Part shown: piece after piece, positions 26,108-42,734 of the stretch
Layout: each line of letters opens with the position of its first letter
How positions within the stretch are numbered: position 1 is the stretch's first letter
Assembly: GCF_018350175.1 (NCBI RefSeq)
Contig: NC_058369.1
Coordinates: 5,952,001 to 6,016,000, forward strand
Length of the DNA stretch: 64,000 bases
DNA from: Felis catus
Lineage: Eukaryota
Direction of reading: 5' to 3'
Notes under the pieces: model-generated
The model's database searches: none
Seen by the model: the letters and a program-made list of their open reading frames with translations, nothing else
Told to the model about the DNA's origin: nothing
Translations under genes and position numbers: made by a program

Positions 26108-28959
26108 CTTTCCTATGCGAGAGGAGGAGGCAGGGGTTGCAGAGACCCTCAAGAAGGGGCGTCTGGTGGTAGACCCCCAGAGGAGCCAGACACACGCCTC
26201 TGCTCCCAGTTTGTGCTCTGCCCTGCCCGAATCTGGCAGAAGGCACGAGCTGTGTGCCCCCTCTCTCCCCCAGACCTCACCTCCTTCCTGAAGCCAAGCT
26301 ACTACCGGTCTCACCACATCTGCTCCCCGGGATCCCTGCCCCCCCTCTGACGCCGCTCGCCCTTTCAGAGGTCAGGAAGAGCAGTCCACGGAGCCGCTGT
26401 CCCCCTGCTTGCCCGAGTGGCCTTCTCCCAGAACCCAGCCATCTCCCACCCTTGATGACGAGCCCAAACCACTCGCTCTGCCGCTCTGACTCCAGACACC
26501 TGCTGTCCGGACCGCTAGCCTCTGCTGTCTCTGCCACTGGGCCAGAGAGCGTCTGAGGCTGAGGACTTCCTGGGTGTGGGCCCCCCACCCCCTTCAGGGG
26601 CGCTCCGGGCACCACCTCCAACCTCCAACCGGAAAAGCCGGCTGGAGCCTGGCTCTGGTTACAGGGCCTGAGGGGCAGGGAGGGGCAAAGCTGAAGGCTG
26701 GTCAGTGGAGGGGAAGGAGGACTAGGACACCTGGGTTTCTAGAGGGATCGGTGCCCAGAAACTGAGGCAGACGACAGAAACCTGGGCTCTGACTGGGAGG
26801 GTAGGGGGTCGCCAGGATGGCCGGAGGGCAGAGGATCAGGAAATGGAAAACTCAGGGACAAAGCCAGAGTGACACCTACTGTCTGGGCTGGGGCTGGGCT
26901 GCCAGGCTCCTGGGCGGCCAGCCCGCTCTGTCTGTCCCTGGGTTTCACTTTAGACCAAGGTATCATTATTTCAGATACGGGACAGCCAGGAGCGAGTCAC
27001 GTGGGGGCATGGGCCACAAGCTGGGACATCACCCTCCCAGAACAGGCAGCTGGGGAGCCTCCCTCCCCCTCTCCCGGAGGCTGGACGGAAGGAAAGGGAG
27101 GCCGCAAGGCCCCCACTGCCTTTTGAGGGGGCTCCCAGGCTGGACTGCCTCTCGCAGCACCCTGCCTCCCTTTGCAGTCCCCAGGTCCCTGAGGCCTGGG
27201 GTTGACTCCCGGGCGGGGGATGAGGTAGAGACGGACAGGGATGCGGGCTGTAAGCCCTGCCCACCGGGCTGAGGGCGAGGTAGTCCACCACACCTTCTAA
27301 TCCCTTCAAAGGCCCTCACATCGGGATGGCAGGGGCAGGGCCCCCCTGACTCAGGCCCTGACTCACCCAGAGCCGGGCACAGGCAGGGGGTGCACAGACA
27401 GAGCACGGGCTCCCTCCCACAATGCCCCATTCCTCACTCTCAGTTTGATGCCCTGTCCTAAAAGAAAAGCTGAGTAGAAGTGCCCCAGCCAGCGTATCAG
27501 TGCCGTCAACCGGGAATCTTATCAGCAGCACCCTGGGGGCCACGTGAACAACGCAGCCACCAAAAGGGACACCTGGGGGCATTCTGGAGTGTGCATACGG
27601 ATGCAGGTGGGTACCCGGAGCCGTATACGCTGGGCTGAGGGGAGACCCAGGACCTGTTCCAGCCAGCCACCGTTCTCCCTGCCCCGGGTACCTGTGAGGG
27701 ACACGGCTCCGCTGTTGGGGCTGCGACAGAAATGCCACGTACACAGGCGAGGACCAGCTTCCTGCCTGGGTCCATCTCGCAGTGGCGGAAGCTGCAGTAT
27801 CCACCAGGTCAAGACTACAATCAAAGGCAAGACGGCGGCGACACCGAGGGTCCCCAGTGGATGGCCCCGTGGCTCCCACGGAACAAGGTATATACACAAC
27901 GCCATCAGAGGCAGACACTGGGGTTATCATTATCTGTCTCCATGACTCAAACTCGATGGTCTGAACCTGCCATTAAGCTTCCACAGACACAAGGCTGGCC
28001 CCCCCTTTGTCTGAGCAGGGCTGGCGGGAGGGCCCGGGGCAGAGGGCTCCAGGGATGGGGAGCCCAGAGGAAAACAAAAGCACGGCCATACGCAACTTAT
28101 GGCCACCAGATGCTTCCGGTGCCTCCTTTAATCCCCACTCTGGGGGAGGGAGGGCACCACAACCCTCATTTTCCAGACTCAAGGGGAGGGAAGGAACGAG
28201 CTGAAGCTTTCACAGCTACAAGCGGTATGTGAGGCGTGACTCCCAAGCCTCATCTGTCCCCTAGCGCCCTGTCTGCTTCATCTTGGGTGAGAACCTCTCG
28301 CTGGGATGCAGCATCTTTGCCAAAAGGAGCCCGGAGGAGAGTGTTCTAGCAGAGAATGTTCTCGCAGAGAAAAGATGGGCGGAGGGCTGCTCTGCAGGGC
28401 AGGCCCTGGGGGTTCTGGTCGGCCTGGGACCGGGTCGTGCCCCCTACCTAGCCTCAGCTCTACTATCCATGCCTCACCCCTGCGTTTCCCCTCTCAGACC
28501 CTCCCTAGGCTCCCAGCTTGCCTCCTGGGGGCAGTGGTGGGTGCTCGGGGTCCAGCCCCCCTCCTCGCCCACAACCCGTGCTAAAGGGCAAGGAGGACAC
28601 AGGGGTAACTGTCAGCCCTGAAACGGGCTTTGAATCGCACAGGTCCAGCCTTTGACTTTTACACAAGAGAGAAACTAAGGTCGGGGGTGGGGGTAGGGGT
28701 CCCCTAGCAGCAGATCTTGGGTCAGGCCCCAGGCCTGGGGACTCTCCACCTAGTACTTTTCCAAGCTGCCCAGCCAGGACTTGGGAGTCAGGGAGTCTTG
28801 AGGTTTAATAGTCCCAGGGAGGGCAACTTGGTAGGGACCCCCAGTGGTAGGGTTCTGGGGCGTCCAGGGGAACATGGCCAAGACCCCATGGGGGTCTCCC
28901 CCAGCCTGCTGATCTGGCCTTGGCCAGGCTGGCCTGCTCCCCGACAGGCGCCCTAGGTC

Positions 28960-29480
28960 TGGTCAAGGCCGAGTCTCTCGCCGCCTCCACCCCCTCCCCA
29001 GCTCCTTGTGTCCCTGGCGGGCGGGCCGCGGGCTCAGGCGGCAGTGCCGGCGGCACCTGGGGCGGTCCTCACGTGGGCCAGACCCCCACCCCGCCACCCG
29101 GTCCCCAGGGACGGGGAGCCTCCTACTCACCGCTCTGGCTGGGACGCTGGGCCCAACTCCTGGGTCCCTGGGAACGGAGCAGCCGGGACTCCCGCAGAGT
29201 TCCCGGGCCAGCCTGGGTGAGTCAGGGCGGGCGGGCGGGACAGGAGCCCGGGAGCCGCCCCGCCCGCCCGCCCCGGGGACGTCTCGGCTCCGCCTCCCTT
29301 TGGGTCCTCCCAGGTCGCCCCCTACTCCAGACGCCGAGGGATTGCGGGAGGAGGGCAATCCGAATCCAGCTCTCCACGATCGTGGAGGGTGAGGGGCGGG
29401 CCGGAGGGCAGAGGTCTTAGAACTTTGGGCCGGGCTGCAACCAGGGAAACTAGGGGGGGCCCCCGGAGGCGCTGCGTGGC
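28960..29480 (-). promoter_or_regulatory. CpG island with probable non-coding exon 1 of LRRC8E
   Basis: Strong donor GCG|GTGAGT at 29131/29130, AP-1 TGAGTCA at 29218-29224, GC boxes. The ATG exon has an acceptor 5 nt upstream of the ATG (26112), so an upstream exon is required. Confidence 0.6.
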
Positions 29481-30909
29481 TCCCAAAGCTGGCCTGTGGG
29501 CCCCCTTCCAGGATCTAAGCTGTAGAGACCCTGTCAGGAACAGGTGAAGGGCCTCCTCATCCTTGCCCCCAACCCCACCCCAAGGGCAGCCACCTGGCCT
29601 TGAGGCACAACCAAATCCAGAGGAACAGAGTCCAGGGGAAGGGAGGGGGCTTCCCCCTCCTGCTCTGACCACCCAGCCAAGGGAGGATGAGCAGAGTGGG
29701 GTGCTTACCTGTCTGGCCCTGCCCAGCCTTGAGACCTTCTCCGGACTTCGGGGGATGGGTGAGCTGCTCCCAGGTCTTGGGGGCGGCACAAGGGCTGGAA
29801 GGCTCTGGGATCTGGGGCTGGAGTCCGGTCTGGGAGGGCAGCTTCTAGAAAGGATGGCTGCCTCCCCACCCCCACTCATCCCTCCCTGGCCGAGAAGGCC
29901 TGAGCTGGCTCTTACACTGGCAAAGCACCCTTTCAGCCTGGAGGCATCCGGTGAACTTTGACCCATTCTGTCTGCAAAACTGAAGGGAGAGGGACCTTGA
30001 CAAAGTGGGGGAATGAGACCCCTCCCCCACGGGAGGCTCACGAGTTCACTAGACTGGAGACAGTCCGAGACCCGAGGCTCGAAACCTCGAAGATTGAGAC
30101 CCCCTCTAAGCTTGGGTTCCTCCGCGAAGCCCTATAGTGGGCGCGACCCTTGGAGACCCGGCCTCTTTCAAGTGTCTGTGGGCTCCACCACAGGCAGCTC
30201 GAAGACAGACAGACAGACAGACAGGAGGCCCTCTTCTCTCTGAGAGCGCCCATGCCCTGGTCTACAGCTTTACGCCGGGGTGACCATCCTGATACACATG
30301 GCTTTGCACACTTGTACAAATCGCCGAGGTCACTGTGACGGCAGTCCCATGACTGCTGTGTCCCCAACCCTTGGGATGGTACCTGGCACACGGGGTGGGG
30401 GGGCATTCAGTAAATGACAGGTGGGTGGACGACTGAGGTGTCGTCTTAGGTGCAGACCTTGACACGGGGAATTGGAGGCAAACGGTCCACCCGGAAGGTG
30501 ATCCCAGGGCGCCCTGGAGGGGGGTGGGTAACTGGGAAGTGACACCGGGAAAGGAAGGAGGCCAGCAGGCATCTGTGAGGGTAAACGGAGCAGGTTCACA
30601 GGCAGCTGGGGCTCTGTTCTTCTGGGAGACAGTGGAGGACACACCGCCAAGTTGTCCAACCCAAGGGGCGAGGGGGTTGAGAAGGGCTGACCGTCAGCTC
30701 CTGTCAGGCTGCGGGTTGCTCTGGAGAAGGGGGGGGGGGCAGAGGGGACTCTGGGGCACCTGCCACAGGTGTAGACGCCCCAGGAGAACAGCCAGGTCAC
30801 GGGACACACGTATGCACCACGCCTTCCAGTGATTCTCCCAAAGGACCGTCTGCTTCACACCCCCATTGGTGGCGCGTGAGTGTCCCCCCCCCCATCGATC
30901 ACACCCAGC

Positions 30910-31570
30910 CTTTAAAAAGCATTGTCGTGAAATACCGTGACGTAGAACTTACCACTGTCACCGCGGTGAAGTGTGCAGTTCAGCGGCATTGAGTGCACTG
31001 ACGTTGTTCTGAAACCATTTCCACCGTCCGACTCCAGAACGCTTTTCATTTCCCAACGCCGAGATTCTGTCCCCATTAAACCCCGGCCCCGGCCCCCTGC
31101 CTCCCGCCACCTGCTGTCTGTCTCTACCAATGTGACTCTCCTAGAGAGCCCGCGTAAGGGGAATCCTACCTACCGTGTTCGTCCTTCCGTGACCGGCTTC
31201 TGCCACCGAGCACGCGTCGCCGGGGTCCATCCGTGTTGTAGCAGGTGTCAGAATATCTTTCGTTTTTAACGCTGAAAAATATTCCATTGTGTGGCTGGAC
31301 CCCATTTTGTTTATCCATTCATCTGTCGATGGATCCTCTACCCCTTGGCCGTCGTGGATAGTGGTGCTCTGAACCCAGGGGTGCAAATATCTCTTCAGGT
31401 GCCTGCTTCCCATTCTTTGGGGTGGGATTGCTGGATCATATGGGAAGTCTGTTTCATTTTTTCGAGGAACCGCCACCCGGTCTTCCACAGCGGCTGCACC
31501 TGCACCATGTTCCCACCAACCGTGCACGAGGACTCCCATTTCTTCACATCCTCACCGACACTTGTTATTT
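30910..31570 (-). mobile_element. Old LINE-1 3' fragment (L1M-type)
   Basis: Degenerate ORF2 C-terminus on - strand (PYDPAIP...DEWINKM...HTMEYFSALK). Confidence 0.85.
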
Positions 31571-31846
31571 AACACCCAGCTTTTAAGGTTTTGTGAATGG
31601 GAGGTAGTTATCGATCGCTGCCGAACAAATCACCCCCAAGCCTAGCAGCTTAACACAACTAGCATATATTGTCTCACACAATCTCTGAGGGTCGGGAACC
31701 TGAGAGTGAGTGTCAGGGGTGGTCACACCCATGGGAGGGTCACACCTCCCTCTTCCACTGGCCCCAGATATCACTGATTTGCTTTCTGACACTACAGATT
31801 AGCCTGGATTTTCCAGAATGTTATATAAGTGGAAGCATGCAGCGTG

Positions 31847-31847
<1 letters not shown>

Positions 31848-31884
<37 letters not shown>
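31848..31884. repeat. (GT)n microsatellite
   Basis: Pure GT run. Confidence 0.95.
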
Positions 31885-31886
<2 letters not shown>

Positions 31887-31954
31887 CTTCTTTTGTTCTG
31901 CAGGATATTTTTGAGATTTGTCCCTGTTTTGAGTGGCTTGGTACTTTGTTGCTT

Positions 31955-32162
31955 TTTATTTATTTATTTTATTTTTTTAATAAAGTTTATTCATTTATTT
32001 TGAGACAGAGAGAGAGAGAGAGGGAGAGAGAGAGAAACCCAAGCAGACTCTGTGCTGTCAGCACAGAGCCAGATGCAGGGCTTGAACCCATGAATTGTGA
32101 AATCATGGCCTGAGCCGAAACCAAGAGTCGAGGCTTAACCAAATGTGCCACCCAGGCACCCC
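31955..32162 (-). mobile_element. SINEC inserted in an older repeat
   Basis: Reverse SINE head CCACCCAGGCACCC, (GA)n linker, T-rich tail, duplicated TTTGTTGCTTTTT at both ends. Confidence 0.9.
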
Positions 32163-33339
32163 AGTAGTTTGTTGCTTTTTCTGGCCGAGGAGTATTCTAC
32201 TGTCGGGTACTCTCTGGTTTGCGTAATCCGTCCCTGTTGATGGACATTTGAAGAGCGTTCTTAAAAGAAGGAGGAGCCCAGATCCCAGTGAAATGCAGAG
32301 TGGGTTCAGAGTAGCCTCGGAGGGGCCTTGCGCTATAAAAGGTGAGGGGCAGGCCTCTGGGGGGTGGCCAGTGGATGTGACTTGCTCGGAAGGGCACTGC
32401 TGGTGAATGGGCGGGTGGGCGGGGGGGGGGAACCAGGCTGCTGTCATGCCAGGAGGGGCTCACACAGGTGATGCTCGGAAGACTTGGGGAGGAGGTGAGG
32501 CCAGAATGATCTACTCTGGAGGGCAGCACCCTGAGGAATGGTGAGGGGGCACCTCTCCCAGGCTGGAGGGAGGAGTCATTGAAAGGATAAATTCCAAAGG
32601 GTTTTGAGCTTGCCCTCTCTCTCTTCCATTCCCCGAACCTCAACTGAACTCAGGCGCAACTCCTCAGGGGAGAAAGCCAAACCCCTGCTTCCGGCCACAC
32701 CCTAGTTGAGTCTATCTTCCTTGTCCAGGTTCAGCCAGGTGCCAAAGCCCCCCACGCCCCGTCCTGTGCACGAAGCCCCCCCCAGTTCCAGACAGTAGTG
32801 AACTGCTCCTGTGTAGGCATGCAGGCATGTGATGGGCAGAGGGCGCTGGCTCTTTGGGATGGGGGAGGGGGTGGCTCAGTCTGGACAGAGGAGGTATCAG
32901 AGGTAGAAAGCACTGTGTGTGTATGTGGGGGGGGGGGGGTGGGTAGGTGTCCTAGCAATAAGCAGAGATGAAGGAGGGCGGCCGGCTCTGTCTTCCCACT
33001 CCTACCTCCCCCTTGCCCCAGTCCCCTGTGGAGGTCCTTCCACGGAGACCCCTGTGCGGGCTGGGAAAGGCACCTCCCACTCCCACCAGCTGTGCTGGGC
33101 AGCCTCGGACAGGGTCGTCTCTGCTCCTTCAGGCACCAGTTTTGACACCCCCCCCCAGTTGACTCCCCCCCCCAAAGCTCGGCTCTGCTGGAATGCTTTT
33201 GCTGACTTGACATAGGAGCATGTGGGGGGGGGGTGCCCTGCCCTGCCGAGGGCTCGGAGCCTCTCACAGTTCTCTCTCCCCGCCCTCCCCAGCCTTCCTC
33301 TCTTCTTGTGTTCTCCCAAATCCGAGCCTACCCCTAAAT

Positions 33340-34300
33340 TCCCACGGCTGCATTCTCTCCGTGGTCCGCCTCCCGCAACCAATGTAGGGGCTTCCTGGGG
33401 TCTGGGAAAAGCCTTGGATATGAGAGGGGCGGAGGCCCGCGGGGACCCTGGGGGGCCCGGCCTCCGCTGTCGAGAAGGCGAGGACTGGGACCAGGGACAC
33501 TGAGCGGCGGGATTGGTTAACTGGGCACGAGGCACGATGGTCCCGCCCCCTGGTTGCCAGGGCCCGGCCTATCCGCGTCCAGGCGGGCATCGGTCGCCAG
33601 GTGGTTGGGGTGGGGGCCAAGGCAGGTGTGTATGTTTGGAGGAAGGGGCCAGGCCCCGTCGGGACCCCAAGGGACTCCCTCCCGAAGCCCCTGCGGCTGG
33701 GAGTCTGGGGCCCTGCGGCGCGGCCGCGGAGAAGCCGCCCCTCCTTCCACCGCGTCTCTTCCCACCGCCCCCGGCGCGCTCCCGCCCGCCGCCTCCCGGG
33801 TCTGGATCGAGCGCGCGCGCCCCCGTCTCCCCTTCCGCGGCCGAGGGGCGGGCCCGGCTCCCCGCGCCACCGCCCGCAGCCCCCTCCCCTCGCCTGCCGG
33901 CGGCTCACGCCAGCCCCGGCGCTCCCGCCCGGCCCCACCCCAGGCGACCCAGCGTGGAGAGGCGGGCGGCCAGAGCCCGAGGTGAGCGCGGCGCGAGCAG
34001 GTGGAGCGGGCGGAGCGGACCGGGGCCCGGCTGGGGGAGGGGGACGGGTTCCGGACGCGGCTCTTTGTCTCCGCGAGCCCCTTCGCGGGCCGCCGGGGCC
34101 GCTCCTCCTCCTGGCAGGTGCCCGCATCCTCGGGGAGGGCGCTGGGGGCCGGGGAGGGGACCAGGGCTTGCGCTCCCGTCCCCCTCAGCTGGAGCCTGTG
34201 GCAGACCCCCGTCCCCGAGGCTGGTGGTCCGGGTCTCTGAAGGGGCGAGGGGTAGGGGCGTGGGTCTCGGGTCCTGAAAGGGAGCCGAGGCGGGTGGGCT
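33340..34300 (+). promoter_or_regulatory. PRR36 CpG-island promoter and non-coding exon 1
   Basis: CCAAT boxes near 33379 and 33512, GC boxes, donor GAG|GTGAGC at 33981/33982. Confidence 0.7.
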
Positions 34301-34511
34301 GGGGCAGGCAGGGCCTCTCAGTTTTGGAGGAAGGCGGTGGGGGTGGGACCAGGGGACCACCGTGAGCAGCTGGGCTGGTGAGTGGGTGTGTGGGTGGGAG
34401 GGAAGTGGATCGAAGCCGAAGTGTGGGCGCCTGTGGGTGGGGAAGGAGCAGCGAGGGGCCGGGACCCGGGTCCCTGCAGGCAGCCTAGCAGCGCAGGAGC
34501 TGGGATGCTGA

Positions 34512-38301
<3,790 letters not shown>

Positions 38302-38620
38302 ACCAGACCCTTAGCCCCGCCCACCATACCCATCCCTGCCTTAGGACCCGCCCCTCTGGCTACGCCTCTGTGTCTTAGACTGCCCGCCTGTCTGCTCTCC
38401 TTCGGGAGTCTGGCTCCCGTTGGATTGGACGTAGCCCCCTAGAGCCCTAGATTTTGGGTCAGGCTCTCGACCCACCCACGCCTGTGGCCGAAGTCTTTCC
38501 CTCGAGCCCCGCCCCTTTGGCCTGGAAACACGCCGACTCCCCTCGAGCCCCGCCCCCTCCCTCCGCTTAGGCTCCGCCCCGCGTCCTGTGTATCGTCTAC
38601 CACGCGCTGCCCGAGTTTGC

Positions 38621-38626
38621 AATAAA
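38621..38626 (+). terminator. polyA signal of PRR36
   Basis: AATAAA 320 nt after the stop. Confidence 0.75.
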
Positions 38627-41539
38627 AGCCGGGACGCTGCAACCTGTGCGCCTTCGAAGTCGCCTAGGGGGTCTACCGTGGGGCCGCGAGAGGGGCTGGG
38701 CCTGCCGGTGCTGGAGGCTGTGCGCGAGCGGGTTGTAGCTCCGGCTGAAGGCCTCCCGCGCCCCACGCAGATGTGCCTCTTTGCTAAGGAAAATGGGTGC
38801 GTGAGGCAGGCTTGGGGTGGGACCTGGTGCTGAGTCCCCGGCGCGGCGCCCCCACGCACGTGCGTGAAAGTGGGCTTTTTCCTGTCTGACTCGTGGTGGA
38901 CAAGTTAGGCGCAGGAGCGGCCCGGTGGAATTGCCCGACCACCGGATGGCTGAGCTGAGGCGTGCCCAGCGTTGTTGAACGACCGAAGCTCTTCCTATAC
39001 TCCCCTAAGGGAGCCGGCAGCTCTTGCGGGGAGGGGGAAAGACGTGCAGGAAGGGCTCGCCCAGGTCCGGGGGCGAGGGTGGGGGACCTCTTCCTGAGGC
39101 CCCCTCGTCACGGTGCGCGCCCCTTGACCTCGCACGCCTCGCATGCCCTGTGCCCGCATGCCCAAGGGAGGGGGTCGTCTAATGGCGATCTCCGTTCCCT
39201 CCTGCGCCCTCCCAGCCCGCGGGCACACTGCCCTCCGCTCACCGAGGAGGTTCCGATGCAGAAGGTAGGTCTGCAGCTGCGCCCAGGACTCCTCCGGCCC
39301 CGGGGCTCTAGGGTACAGGATCCTCCTGCGTCAGGCTTCCTTGTCCCTGGGGAGCCGACTGTGCTGAGAGGGTTCTGCGGGAAAGGAGCAGCCTCTCCCA
39401 AGGTCGGGTGGGAGACCAGGAAGTCCTCATGAGGCCCTTTTGTGCCTCCCAACCCCTGGGCCTCATCTTCCCCTCCATCTCAGGGTGTCCTCCTCAAGCC
39501 CCTCCAGCCAGACAACCTTGCCTGGGCCCACAGTCGAGAGGCCTCAACAAAACCGCCAATCTGTCTTCACCTGTTTCCCCCATCAGAATTCCTGTCCTTC
39601 CTCCTGCAACTGAGTCACCTCGACCCTGGACCCCTTTAGCCCCACCCAGACCCATTCTCCCCAGTGTCACTCCAGAAAATGCAGCCCCTAGGCCTTTTCT
39701 CCCTGAGGGTCCTCCCTGGTGGGGGGGACCACAGTCCGCAGAGCAGGTAAAAGGACAGAGTGGGACCCTGTGTCGGACCCTTAGCCCTGTCTGTCCCTAG
39801 ACCCAGTCCCTGTAGTCCACCCTATAGCCACGTTCCTGTCAGACCTAATCCCTAAGCCCTGCCTGTCCTCACCCCTCATGTCAGTCTGGAGTCCTAGGAG
39901 AAAGTCGGCCTTCTCCCAGTGGGACCGGGCACCTCCACCCCTAGGGGCCAATGTGTATGGGGGGGGGGGGAACCAGCACGCTCCCGCGCTCAAGCTCGGT
40001 TCAGTGGCAAGCCACAGAGATTCCCTTTCTAGCTGGGCCCTGCAAGGACCCAGGTGTCCTTGCTTCCAGATGCCAGGACAAAGTCAAGGGTAGGGGCTGA
40101 ATCCTGACATGTTGGGCAGCCAGAGCATCAAGACCACGCCTCTAAGATGGAGCAGGGCAGAACCTCAGACACTTCCCCCAGGGCCCTGCCCCACCCCCGG
40201 GAGCCAGCTGGGGTGGATGACCCTGTGGGAGCAGGAGGGGTGGCAGCCATTGGGGGGAGGGTGTCTCAGTGTTAAATCTGTAGGCTGGGAATGGTGCGTG
40301 GAGACACCATTGTTGAGCCATGGGTCAACAATATGTGGGACTTGGCTGTCCTGGTGCATAACCGGTGTCACGCCTTGCTCCCTGGCGGGTACCAGGTGGC
40401 AGTGGGTAGGGGCACTTTGGGTGCAGAGGGCAGGGCCTGGTTGGCATCTGCCTGGACCCAATTAAGATTTTCTCCCTGGGAAGCCTCCCTTTGCCATCCC
40501 TGGCTCTGCCGCTCCCCCCCCCCCCCCCCCCCCCCCGCCCCAGGAACCTGCCTCAGCTCCGTGCGGAACCCCCCTACGGACTCTGCCTCTCCGGGCCTCC
40601 TTCCCCCAGGAGAGCTCCTGCCTACTCACTGTCCCTACTGTCCAGCTGTTTGGGTTCTGCCCTGGCCTCCTGATTGACCCCCAACACTGTGGTCCATCTG
40701 ATGGTGCCCCCTCCCCTACCTAAGCCCTCCATGGTTCCTCAGTGCCCTCAGTTCAAAGCACAAATTCTGGCTCCCGACTGGAGAAGCAATTCTCAGTCTG
40801 GCCATGCCCGCTCTCTCCAGTACCTTCCTCATAGGCATCATGTGCCTCCTCTGACCCCGCCAGGTCTCGCTTTCTGCTTTTGCCTTTGGAGAGAACTCCA
40901 TCCCCCACCCCGCCCCTTCCAGGAAGTCTTCCTGGATTCTTTTGGGTACTCACCCCACTGGTAGGCAGGCTCAGCCCCCCACCCCCACCCCTTTGTCTGT
41001 CTCCGCCACACTGGGGACCCCGCAGAGCTGGGCACAAGGCAGAGCACCTGGAAGATCTGGGGAAGGGTGTGAGGTTGAACAAACCCCAACCAGGTCCTGT
41101 ATCTTCCTGAAGCCCTGGGGCCCCACATGCCTCCATGTCTCTCCTGGGAGGCCCAAGCATATTGTCCAGGTGGAAAATCAGGCCCCCCATCCAATACCTC
41201 CGTCTCCAGAGCCACCCTTCTGAAAATAGCATGACATAAGCATCCATCTGTCAGCCTGACACCTCAAGTCCTTTGCAACTTGTCCACCCCCCCCCCACCG
41301 TACTCTCTCCCAGCCCCCACACTTTTGTTCACACTGAGCCAACGAGTGACCTTTCCTCTCCCTTGCTGTCCCCCAACCCGGGCAGCCTCTTTGGCACCCT
41401 TGCTGGTCCCCTACCCCTGATTCTCTTAAACTGTGGGGCAGTCTGATGTCCTCTACACTGCTTTTCAGGACAAGGGGCTCACGGCTGCTTGCAAGCCCCC
41501 CAGGCCTGTCGCACCTTGTCTGTGACTGTGTAAATACAC

Positions 41540-41545
41540 TTTATT
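41540..41545 (-). terminator. polyA signal of EVI5L
   Basis: AATAAA on - strand about 1.2 kb after the stop. Confidence 0.75.
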
Positions 41546-42734
41546 TTCCATCTTTCCCGCCTGGGCGACGTGTGGAGTGTGAACAGGCAGTGTGCAAAAT
41601 GGTGGTGGGCAGTGTGGGGGGCACGTGGGAGAGCCCCGTGGGCGCCCACCCTGGTCCCCAGGCTTTTGTAACACTGAGGAGTGGGCAACCGGGACGGGGG
41701 AACTGACCATGGGTCCCCACCCCAGGAAGCGCCAGGGAGATTGCTTTTGATGCTGCTCCGGGCTCCAGGAGCACCGACAGGGTCAGGCCCGAGGGTCGCA
41801 AGGCCCTGGGGGCAAGGGGCTGGGGGCATCGTTGGACTTTGGCACCGTTCTCAGCTCCGACTCTGCAAAGACCACGGGACCACCATGAGCAGCGGAGGGG
41901 AGGTAACCACTGGGAAGAGTCCTCCCCTGGGGAGGGTGGGGCTGGGGCCACAGGGAAGGAAGGGATGAAGAGGCTGGGGACCCCCTTGGAGAGCAGGCTA
42001 GCTTGGGTGGGGGAGCCTCTCCATCGTTGGCCAAGACAAGGTGATGGGAGTGTCTCACACAGGAATATGGGGGGGCGCTGGGGCGAGGGGGGTCTCTTCA
42101 CTTCCTTGCAGCTGCTCTGGCCCCCAAGAAGCAGGGACAGTCACTGCCCACGCCCGGGCTGGTTTCCGCTGTCCGCTCACACCCCAGGTGGCCCTGCACA
42201 CAGTAGGGGGGACTTTGGTTTCTGCTGCAGGGGCCATGATGCCTGCACCAGGCAGGAAAGGCCAGCCTGGCCATCTGTGCCCAGCCGCCAAGGGTCCCCA
42301 GGGGCATGGTGGGGTGGTAATGTCCAGCCCAGAGCCGCCCCCCTTCTTCTTCAGGCCTCCTTTAGCCCCTGGGCCCTTCCCAGCAGGGCCACCCGTGTCC
42401 CAGAAGAGGGACTGCTGGGAGGAGGGAGCTTCCTGCGCGTCCAGTCCTGGGACCTCCGGGTCGTCCCCTGCCCTGGCTGTTAAGAGGGGCAGACCCTCCC
42501 GGGAACTGGACCCGGAGGGGTACAGACCAAGATGGGTAAACACTGCTGTGGAGAGTGGGCCTGTCGGGGGACCCTGAGGATCCTCAGCCCGCGGCCCTAC
42601 CCTCTGCGCCGCGCCGCTCTGGGCCTAGCCCCCGGGTGGGCGGGACCACGGAGCGCACGGAGTTTATCAGGTGTGGCCCCAGGCGGCGGCGGAGCGGGTG
42701 GTGGCCCCCTGGCTCCGGCACGCGGGGCTCGGCC